NCBI GenBank assembly: GCA_020633415.1
Contig: JACKDQ010000002.1
Span: forward strand, 390,945 to 454,944
Length of the DNA: 64,000 bases
From: Deltaproteobacteria bacterium
GTDB lineage: Bacteria > Myxococcota_A > Polyangia > GCA-2747355
Direction: 5' to 3'
Position 1 is the first letter of the stretch; each line of letters opens with the position of its first letter. The translations under genes were made by a program, and so were the position numbers. Below are positions 40,680 to 48,247 of the stretch, piece after piece. Under the pieces are notes generated by a model. That model saw nothing but the letters and a program-made list of their open reading frames with translations. It ran no database searches and had not been told where the DNA came from.

Positions 40680-41339
40680 TCAACGTGCTTTAGCTGTCGC
40701 CTGGCGGTCGGCATACGCCAGGAAGCGCAAGAACTCCTGCTTGAGACGACGATCGAGCGTACGCACGCGTCGCCGAGTGACGTCCATCGCGGCGGCGATC
40801 TGACGCTGCGGAAGCTCATCGACGAAGCGGAGGCGTACGTAGCGTGCCATCTGAGCATCTACGGTTTTGAGAAACTCATGAACGCGCCCTATGTCACGCT
40901 GCCAGGCCACTTGCTCTTCGCTTGTCAGTGGTGCGTCGGCGATCGGCGCGTCGGCGTCGATCAGCTGATCGATGTCGAGCGGCTGGTCGGTACCAAAAGT
41001 CGAAGCGGGCAATTCACGGTGTGCACCCCGCCGAAAACGATCGATCAAATAGTTCTTGGCGATACGGCGAAGGTATGGCCGAAAGGGATTGATGCCATCG
41101 TAGGCGTGTCGGGCGCGCGGCGCGAAGGCGCGAACGAAGACCTCCTGCAGCACATCGTCGAGCTCACTGGAATCGCGAATTGGTGGCAGGTAGGCATCTG
41201 AGCTCCCGCCTACGACGAAACCGCGGCGCAGCAAACGATAGATATCGTCGACGTAGTAGCGGTAGACGCGCTCAAGGGCCTCGCGTCGGCCTTCGCGAAA
41301 TGCCTTAAGCAACTGCCTATTTTCCACCAACAGGGGCAT
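40680..41339 (-). CDS. ECF-type RNA polymerase sigma-70 family factor
   Basis: Region 2 (DVLQEVFVRAF..., FRPYLRRIAKNYLIDRFRR) and region 4 HTH (VRLRFVDELPQRQIAAAMDVTRRRVRTLDRRL). Confidence 0.85.
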   Translation of the reverse strand: MPLLVENRQLLKAFREGRREALERVYRYYVDDIYRLLRRGFVVGGSSDAYLPPIRDSSELDDVLQEVFVRAFAPRARHAYDGINPFRPYLRRIAKNYLIDRFRRGAHRELPASTFGTDQPLDIDQLIDADAPIADAPLTSEEQVAWQRDIGRVHEFLKTVDAQMARYVRLRFVDELPQRQIAAAMDVTRRRVRTLDRRLKQEFLRFLAYADRQATAKAR

Positions 41340-41410
41340 GTTGTGCGAGCCGAACGCCTCAGGGCGCCACCCTAGACAGGGCGGCGATCGTTGTCAAAGG
41401 TAGCGAGAGG

Positions 41411-42385
41411 CTAGACATGGTTCCGGAGCATCAACTCCTCGGGGTGCGGGCGAAGATAGCTTTGTTGTTCGAGGTAGGGGATCGGGTGCCGACGAAGAAA
41501 GTGGTTCAACAAAGTGAGCGGTACGACGAGGGGGACGTAGCCGAGGCGGTAGCGCTCGATAACTTCGACAAGCTCGGCGCGATCAGCGGAGTCGAGCACC
41601 CGCTTGAAGTACCCAGCCATGTGCTGTAGCACGTTGGTGTGCTTTCTGGTCGTTGCCTGACGTTTCATGCCGAGAAGGAAGAGGTGCTGGTAGTCACGTG
41701 AGAGCTCAGCGCGCGGCGTGGCCTTGGCGTTGGCAACTAGCCGTCCCAACTCACGATAGGTGGGCGGATCGTGGGCGAGCAGCAGAAGTTTCTCCTGCGC
41801 GTGGAAGGCGACGAGATCGCCGGTGCGCCAGCGCCCGGAAAACAATGCGCGTAGGCGACGAAAAGCGAAGATGCGTTCGATAAAGTTCTCGCGCAGGCGG
41901 ATGTCGTTGAGACGGCCGTCTTCCTCCATCGGCAGGTCTGGAAGCAGCTCGCTGAGCGTTTGGGCAAACAGTCCGCGCCCGTTGCGCCGCGGTGGTCCGC
42001 CGCTTGACGGATAGATGCGCACGCGCTCCATCCCGCAGCTTGGCGAGCCCTTCTGCAAGACATAGCCGCAGAGGCCAAGCTCCTCGAGCTCGGCGACCCG
42101 GCGGCGCGCAAAACTACTCATCGAAGCGGTGTGATCCGTCCCGCTCTTCGGCGCAATCATCCGCACCGTCGTGCCATCGTCTTCAAGTCGCACCGTCTCG
42201 CGCGGCACGCCCAGGCCCAGCTCTACTTCGGGGCAAACCGGCACGAACTCGACATACTGCCCCAACGTATCGCGCACAAACCGATCCAACTTGTGTTGGC
42301 CATCGAAGCGCACCAATTCACCCAAGATACACGCCGACACGCCAATCCGCAGAGGTCCTAGCGCCGTTGTTTCCCCTGGCTTCAT
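41411..42385 (-). CDS. YbgA-type fusion protein (DUF523 + DUF1722)
   Basis: N-terminal IGVSACILGELVRFDGQHK and VPVCPEVELG (DUF523). The C-terminal half has the helical DUF1722 pattern (HKLLLLAHDPPTYRELGRLVA). Confidence 0.75.
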   Translation of the reverse strand: MKPGETTALGPLRIGVSACILGELVRFDGQHKLDRFVRDTLGQYVEFVPVCPEVELGLGVPRETVRLEDDGTTVRMIAPKSGTDHTASMSSFARRRVAELEELGLCGYVLQKGSPSCGMERVRIYPSSGGPPRRNGRGLFAQTLSELLPDLPMEEDGRLNDIRLRENFIERIFAFRRLRALFSGRWRTGDLVAFHAQEKLLLLAHDPPTYRELGRLVANAKATPRAELSRDYQHLFLLGMKRQATTRKHTNVLQHMAGYFKRVLDSADRAELVEVIERYRLGYVPLVVPLTLLNHFLRRHPIPYLEQQSYLRPHPEELMLRNHV

Positions 42386-42396
42386 CTCTCTGGCCT

Positions 42397-42442
42397 CCCG
42401 CTGTCACACAGCCGCTCTGTCACATAGAGCCGCTCTGATAGA
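42397..42442. repeat. Three imperfect tandem 14-18-bp units (cccgctgtcaca / gccgctctgtcaca / gccgctctgataga)
   Basis: Read directly. CTGTCACA occurs at 42401 and 42417, and GCCGCTCTG at 42411 and 42429. The units lie 12-57 nt upstream of the ybgA-like start and about 135 nt upstream of the HUH gene. Confidence 0.5.
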
Positions 42443-42576
42443 TCGTTTCAGAAAACGAAAAGCGCCGATGCGTCCGCCATCCGTACCAGACGGTCCGCGT
42501 TTCGCCCGCTTCAACAACCCGACAACCCGATGTCGCAGAGTTGCGAATGGTCCAGCATTTGCTCGCGCCACCAATC

Positions 42577-43470
42577 ATGACTCGAGCCTACCCCGTAATG
42601 CCCGGTACCACCTATATGTTGACACGCCAGTGCGTGGACAGAATGTTCTTGCTTCGTCCTGACAAACACTCAAACCAGATATTCCTTTACAGTTTGGCGC
42701 GAGCAGCACGTATCAATGGAATCATTCTACATGCTGTGACGGTAATGAGCGGTCACCCACACGTGGTCTATACCGACCCACTCGGACGAGACCCAGAGTT
42801 TCGCCGCGACCTCTTCGCTCTCGTGGCTCGAGCGATCAACGCGCTACGAAAACGCAGCGGACACTGCTTTGCGATCGCCAATCACAATACAATGGTCTTG
42901 GTTGACGAGGGTGCGCAACTTGAGGCGATGGCATACGTCGCGGCTCAACCCGTCGCCGCTGGGGCCGTTCGCTACGGATACCAGTGGCCTGGAGTTCGCA
43001 GTAAGGTCGAAGAGTTCGACAAACTCCGCAGGGTCAGACGCCCCAATACATCGTTTTTCCGCAACGACACGCTGCCCGAACATGAGTCGTTGATGCTCGT
43101 TCCGCCACCGGGAATCAGGGGCGAAAAGTGGTACGTGACAGCAACGATCCGCGCCGCCATCGTAAGCGCCGAACAGAACGCGCGCGCGGCTCACGCACGA
43201 TCTGGTAGGCCATTTGAGGGGAGACGGGCCGTTCGCCGGACGAGTTGCTTTCGCCAACCCAATTCGCTGCAGCCAAGCAGGCGACTCAATCCGCGCATCA
43301 AGTGTCACGACCTAGAGCTGCGCAAAGCCGCAAAGGCAGCATTGTCGGCTTTTTGGTGCGCTTACTACGGCGCTCTCTTCGAGCTGCGTCGCGGGAATCG
43401 CACCGTTCGCTTTCCACACGGGACCTGGCGCCTTCGCGTCTACAGCGGCGTCGAGTGCGATTCAGGGTAG
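42577..43470 (+). CDS. IS200/RayT-like HUH (Y1) transposase-family protein
   Basis: GIILHAVTVMSGHPHVVYTD matches the ...ayvvMsNHvHll... HUH block. AMAYVAAQPVAAGAVRYGYQWPG matches the catalytic-Tyr block (..YI..NPV.AGLV....WP.S). The gene is lower in GC than its neighbours. Confidence 0.6.
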   Translation: MTRAYPVMPGTTYMLTRQCVDRMFLLRPDKHSNQIFLYSLARAARINGIILHAVTVMSGHPHVVYTDPLGRDPEFRRDLFALVARAINALRKRSGHCFAIANHNTMVLVDEGAQLEAMAYVAAQPVAAGAVRYGYQWPGVRSKVEEFDKLRRVRRPNTSFFRNDTLPEHESLMLVPPPGIRGEKWYVTATIRAAIVSAEQNARAAHARSGRPFEGRRAVRRTSCFRQPNSLQPSRRLNPRIKCHDLELRKAAKAALSAFWCAYYGALFELRRGNRTVRFPHGTWRLRVYSGVECDSG

Positions 43471-43729
43471 CCACCGGAATCCGTTCACCCGTCGGTACTA
43501 CCTGGCATCCGCCACTGGCGGCGTTGCGGCGTGGCCGCTAGCCCCGACTAGAGCCAAGTCTGAACCCTGACGCCTTGCCCTCGCGCCTTGGCAGCGCATC
43601 CCAGAGCGATACTTCGCCCCGGCGACGCCGAAATGCCACCAGCTGCGCGTGCGCTGCAGAAACCTCTCTGAGAGAGTCTCTGTCTTAGGACGGGGTTGTG
43701 TGTGGAACGATCTGCTATATGCTGCGGGA

Positions 43730-43939
43730 ATGAGATGGGGTGCGACGCTTCTGGGGGCGTATTGTCTTGTGGCTTTGGCAGCGTTGACCTGGCCGGTATT
43801 TCCGACGATCGCAGGAGAACCGCTGCCGCTACTGTGGGGAGTCCCGCGCAACTTATTCTATAGCGCAGCCTGGATCGTCGTGACATTTGCCGTCGGCGTG
43901 CTCTACGAAATCACCCAGCATCGGCGGCGAAAGCGATGA
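43730..43939 (+). CDS. Small membrane protein (DUF3311-like) coupled to the solute symporter
   Basis: Two TM helices in 69 aa. Its stop overlaps the symporter start (ATGA at 43936-43939). Small subunit genes of this kind typically precede SSS transporters. Confidence 0.55.
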   Translation: MRWGATLLGAYCLVALAALTWPVFPTIAGEPLPLLWGVPRNLFYSAAWIVVTFAVGVLYEITQHRRRKR

Positions 43940-45420
43940 CCTCCTCGACGGTCGTCGTGGCCATCACGCTGGCCTACCTGGTAGCAAGCTTGGTCATCGG
44001 ACTGCTCCCAGCCGGCAAGGCGAGCAGCTCAGCAACGGGATATGTGGCGGGCGACAGGTCTATGGGACTGTTGGTGATGTACTTCATCACCGGCGCGACG
44101 ATCTTCTCGGCCTTCGCCTTCCTTGGGGGCCCAGGCTGGAGCTATTCGCGCGGCGCCGCATCGTATTACATCCTCGGCTACGGAACGCTCGGCTTCCTGC
44201 CGTTCTATTTCCTCGGTCCGCGCGCCGCTCGCTTGGGTAGGCGATTTCAGTTCGTAACCCAAGCGGAGATGGTCGCCGCCCGCTACGAAATGCCCAGCCT
44301 GGCGATCACCATGGCCGCGATCAGCACCGCGGCATTCATCCCTTACCTCGCCCTACAAATCAAAGGTGCCGGGTACGTATTGAACACCGTCACCCGCGGC
44401 GGAATCAGTCAAGAGCTCGGCTCGGCGGTCGTCTACGGTGTCGTGCTGCTTTACGTCCTCAAGAGCGGCGTACTCGGCGTCGGCTGGACAAACACTTTTC
44501 AGGGCCTGCTGATGATGGCCCTGGCCTGGACACTTGGCCTCTATCTGCCCCGTCGCCTTTACGGCGGCATCGGCCCGATGTTTGCGCAAATCGCACGAGC
44601 TCGCCCCGAGCTGCTGCGTTCGCCAGGCCTCGCCTCCACTGGCCAATCTTGGGGCTGGGGCCCCTACTCTTCCGCCGTCATCGTCTCGACCGTCGGCTTC
44701 TCGGTTTGGCCACACACCTTCATGAAAGCGTTCTCGGCGCGCAGCGAGCGCACGATTCGCCGCACGGTGGTGCTCTATCCAACCTTCCAGCTCTTTCTGA
44801 TTCCGCTGTTTCTAATCGGCTATTGTGGTGTGCTCTTTGCCACCCAACCACCGCGCGCCGACCAAGTACTGCCCTTCATCCTGATGTCGCTCGACATGCC
44901 TTCGCTCGTCGTCGGCATCTTTTGCTCCGGAGCCCTCGCCGCTTCGATGTCCTCCGGAGACGCGATCGCCCACGCCGCAGCCTCGATCGTCGTACGTGAC
45001 GGATACCTCTCGCTCAGCAAGCGCACGCTCTCGCCGATTGCCGAACGGCGACTGATCCGCTACGTGGTCATCGCCGTGATGGCCACGTCCTACGCCGTCG
45101 CCGTGCTTTATCGCGGCTCACTGGTCACCCTACTGCTCTCAACTTACGGCGCAGTCGTCCAGTTCGCCCCGGCCTTGGTCGCCACCCTCTACCTCCGACG
45201 GGTCAGCGGGCGAGCACTGCTCAGCGGTCTGCTGCTCGGCGGCGCGCTCACTGGAGCCTTCGTGATCAGCCCCGATTTGCGCCCCTGGGATCTTCATCCC
45301 GGGCTGTACGGACTCACCGCGAACACCTTAACCCTCGTCATCGGCTCACTCGGCCACCGTCCGTCGCAACACGCACAGAACTACCTCGCGACCGCGGCCA
45401 CGCCCCCCGCAGAGGATTAG
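43936..45420 (+). CDS. Sodium:solute symporter (SSS) family transporter
   Basis: About 13 TM helices. N-terminal ...GYVAGDRSMG.......TGATIFSAFAFLGGPGW... is typical of the SSS family. Confidence 0.8.
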   Translation: MTSSTVVVAITLAYLVASLVIGLLPAGKASSSATGYVAGDRSMGLLVMYFITGATIFSAFAFLGGPGWSYSRGAASYYILGYGTLGFLPFYFLGPRAARLGRRFQFVTQAEMVAARYEMPSLAITMAAISTAAFIPYLALQIKGAGYVLNTVTRGGISQELGSAVVYGVVLLYVLKSGVLGVGWTNTFQGLLMMALAWTLGLYLPRRLYGGIGPMFAQIARARPELLRSPGLASTGQSWGWGPYSSAVIVSTVGFSVWPHTFMKAFSARSERTIRRTVVLYPTFQLFLIPLFLIGYCGVLFATQPPRADQVLPFILMSLDMPSLVVGIFCSGALAASMSSGDAIAHAAASIVVRDGYLSLSKRTLSPIAERRLIRYVVIAVMATSYAVAVLYRGSLVTLLLSTYGAVVQFAPALVATLYLRRVSGRALLSGLLLGGALTGAFVISPDLRPWDLHPGLYGLTANTLTLVIGSLGHRPSQHAQNYLATAATPPAED

Positions 45421-45454
45421 CCACAAATTGCCACTGGCAACGAGCGCGAGAGAG

Positions 45455-45485
45455 AATGCCTAGCGCGAGGCGTCGACCGACGATG
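45455..45485 (+). repeat. Left copy of a 31-nt direct repeat flanking the low-GC cassette
   Basis: aatgccTagCgcgaggcgtcgaccgacgaTg; 28/31 identical to 46421-46451 in the same orientation. Confidence 0.85.
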
Positions 45486-45557
45486 AGGTTGCGGTGCGTG
45501 TGCGGTTTGCGGTCGGATACTGCTACGCTCGCTTGAGGTTGGATCCGGTTGTCGTGG

Positions 45558-46331
45558 CTATCCGGCTTTCCAGTGGACCATGTCATACGGATAGTATTGC
45601 TGGTCTTGAAGGGACGAGTCGTCCAGAGCGAGGATTTTCGCCAAGGCGCCGCTTTCAAAGCTCCAGTAGCCGGAATGAACATTCGGCCTGCTCTTGTGCG
45701 AGCCGTGCCAACCTGCGTCCGAATGTCCTCTGTACCATTCCTGGGTGAGGTACTTTGCCAGGCGCCGCACGGCGCCTTCCTTGTCCGTTTGCGCCGCCGC
45801 GATGACCTCACCCGTCGCTCTATAGGGGTTTTCATGCGCGAATTCTGGGCTGTGTTTGCTGTAGCTGGAAAGTCTGTGCCGCAGCAGAAAGTCGACCAGA
45901 AAGTCGTTCAAATGACTGCCGGCAACTAATTTGCTCAATCTTTCAAAACACCGATCGTCCATCTCGAGCATGATGCCGATCGATAAGATCCAGACCATCT
46001 GAACGTATCCAGACTCCGCCTCCCAGCATTGCTCCATCATGGCAATGCTGGATTCGACGTCCTGGACCAACGACACCGGGTCGAGGCCGGATGAATATTT
46101 TGCCTTTAGCAGGCTGATTTGATCTGTCAGCAGGTCGAAATATTGGTCCCGAAGCCGCGTCGGACTCCAGTCCTCTCTTATCTCTTCCAGGTCTTCCCGG
46201 ATGTAGGCTTCGCGCTTTTCAATGATCTCCCGATAGCCTTCATAGGTATTTAGTTCATCTCTTATTTTCACTGTCACGCCATCCCCAAAGCGATTCAGGG
46301 CGAATCTGAAATCATCACCCATTTCTGCCAC
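45558..46331 (-). CDS. PoNi-like (DUF1910/DUF1911) immunity-protein candidate
   Basis: 257 aa, acidic, helical. The C-terminal block ...QEWYRGHSDAGWHGSHK....HSGYWSFESGALAKILALDDSSLQDQQYYPYDMV matches my recollection of the DUF1911 C-terminal signature (GYW.FE...DDS....YYPYDL). Not verified by search. Confidence 0.55.
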   Translation of the reverse strand: MAEMGDDFRFALNRFGDGVTVKIRDELNTYEGYREIIEKREAYIREDLEEIREDWSPTRLRDQYFDLLTDQISLLKAKYSSGLDPVSLVQDVESSIAMMEQCWEAESGYVQMVWILSIGIMLEMDDRCFERLSKLVAGSHLNDFLVDFLLRHRLSSYSKHSPEFAHENPYRATGEVIAAAQTDKEGAVRRLAKYLTQEWYRGHSDAGWHGSHKSRPNVHSGYWSFESGALAKILALDDSSLQDQQYYPYDMVHWKAG

Positions 46332-46420
46332 ATCATTAGTTTTCTGAACACCCTCCCACTTGCAGCCACGCCGCCGCAGCGGATTTACCGCAAACTGCCC
46401 CTGTCACAGAGCGCATATGA

Positions 46421-46451
46421 AATGCCCAGAGCGAGGCGTCGACCGACGACG
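46421..46451 (+). repeat. Right copy of the 31-nt direct repeat
   Basis: aatgccCagAgcgaggcgtcgaccgacgaCg; see 45455-45485. Confidence 0.85.
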
Positions 46452-46470
46452 CGCTGCCAGCCGAGACAGG

Positions 46471-48192
46471 TCACAGCGCAGGCGAGTCGTCGCCCAACAG
46501 CACCCGGCGGGTCACCGAAATCGGCGCCGACCCGCAACAGCCGAGGAACTGATCGTGGAAGCGACGCTCCGAGTATGCTGCACCCAACTTCTTGCGATAG
46601 TCGTCGCGCAACTTGACGATCATCAACTTGCCCAGGGTGTAGCTCAAGTACATCGGATCGAAAGTTCCGCGTCGCGCCTGCTGCATCGCGCTCGCCTCGT
46701 CGGTGAACGCCTTCGTGCGAAACAGTTCAGCGGCTTGCTCGACCGTCATTCCTTCGGTATGCAAACCGATCGCCGCAACAAACCGCACGTTTCGCAACAG
46801 CGCGTTGAGCAGCTGACCAATTCGCACCTTCGGGTCACCATCCAGCCCGTGTTGGAGCATCAACTCCTCGGCATAATGCGCCCACCCCTCACCGCGCGCG
46901 TAGCCGCCAAAGCTCTTGAGGATCGCGGAATGCTGCTGTTTCCCATGAAGATGATCGAGGAAATGCCCCGGCCACAGCTCGTGTGCTGTCACGAACAACA
47001 AATCGACCGTCGCCGGCAGATACTGCTTTTGTTGCGCGATCGGCCAACTCGGGTCGGGCGGACTGATGTAGTAAAATGATGGCAACGCCTTCGTTTCGAA
47101 CGGGCCGGCGCTATCGAGGAACGCCGAATTCCAGCGCATGAACGCCGGCGTCGCTCGCACCTCAACCACGTCATCACTCGGGATCGACACCACATTGCGC
47201 GCAACGAGTAGTTTGCGCAGCCGCGCCCCTTGCGCAGTCGCGATAGCATAGGCCTGCTCCGCACTGCTCGGCCGTTCGGCGCTCACCACGGCGATCAGCT
47301 CAGCCACCGACTTTTTCGGGTCGATCTGCCGACAAGCTACGGTCAGCGCTTCGAGGTTGCGCGCCAAGTCACGCTTCGCGACATCCTTCAGTCGCTCCAA
47401 CGAAACCTTGACGCCTTGCGTTTCGGCCAACATCCGCAGAAACACTGCCTTACCGATGGCAAAGTCATCGGTCGCCAACTGCTGCCGCCGTTCGAGAAAT
47501 GCAGCATGTTCTTTCAGCTGTTCGCGCCAGCCCGCCAACGCTTGGCGCAGTTGATCGGCTAGCGCACTGGGCAAGTCGCCCAACGCCCTCGGCACATCAC
47601 TGGCGAAGGCCTGCAAGCCCTTGGTTTGGATCAACGCCACGCTCAGCCACGATCGCGGCATCCGCTCTGCCAGATTCGCACGCGCCTGAGCCAGATAAGC
47701 CGGCGTCGCCCTGGTCAAGGCGATGATCGCCCGCGCCCGCTCGGCTGCCGACGCGTAAGGACGCGCCACGTACGACACCAAGCTCAGCGGCGACGTGTAG
47801 TACATCGGATTCTTCCACGGCGCCTTCAACTCGCTCAGCACGAATAGTTCCCGATTGATCGTCGACAGCATCACCGCCCGCTCAATCAGCTGCGTTTGGG
47901 TCAACGCCGTCTCAGCAAGCGCGCCGAGTTCTGCGCGACGACGCTGCAAGCGAGCGATCTCGGTTTGCAGGGCGCGTGGACTGACGTCGGGCAACCGCCC
48001 ATCAAACCTGTGCAGTCCCAGCTCGACGGCCTCATGAGGGTTCGCGGCCAGCTGTTCGCGATAGGCGCTTTCGAGCAGCTGCGCCGCATCGGTTTGCTTT
48101 AGCACCGCCAAACGCTCTGCCCTAGGTCGACAACCAACCGACTGCAGAGCGCTGAGGGCCGTTAGAATTAGCACCAAGAGAATGCGCATCAT
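46471..48192 (-). CDS. DUF885-family lipoprotein (putative metallopeptidase)
   Basis: Lipobox ALQSVGC. HELWPGH (HExxH-like) and the overall DUF885 pattern (...YYISPP..., ...GEGWAHYAEELM...). Confidence 0.75.
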   Translation of the reverse strand: MMRILLVLILTALSALQSVGCRPRAERLAVLKQTDAAQLLESAYREQLAANPHEAVELGLHRFDGRLPDVSPRALQTEIARLQRRRAELGALAETALTQTQLIERAVMLSTINRELFVLSELKAPWKNPMYYTSPLSLVSYVARPYASAAERARAIIALTRATPAYLAQARANLAERMPRSWLSVALIQTKGLQAFASDVPRALGDLPSALADQLRQALAGWREQLKEHAAFLERRQQLATDDFAIGKAVFLRMLAETQGVKVSLERLKDVAKRDLARNLEALTVACRQIDPKKSVAELIAVVSAERPSSAEQAYAIATAQGARLRKLLVARNVVSIPSDDVVEVRATPAFMRWNSAFLDSAGPFETKALPSFYYISPPDPSWPIAQQKQYLPATVDLLFVTAHELWPGHFLDHLHGKQQHSAILKSFGGYARGEGWAHYAEELMLQHGLDGDPKVRIGQLLNALLRNVRFVAAIGLHTEGMTVEQAAELFRTKAFTDEASAMQQARRGTFDPMYLSYTLGKLMIVKLRDDYRKKLGAAYSERRFHDQFLGCCGSAPISVTRRVLLGDDSPAL

Positions 48193-48247
48193 GGACTGCG
48201 ATTAGCCCGCAGCCCGGCGACTTGTCAACCGCACTCGCGCCGCAGCC

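Noticed and set aside
46360-47079. 239-aa plus-strand ORF
   Set aside because: It is mostly antisense to the DUF885 gene. Its 5' end merely spans the right 31-nt repeat.
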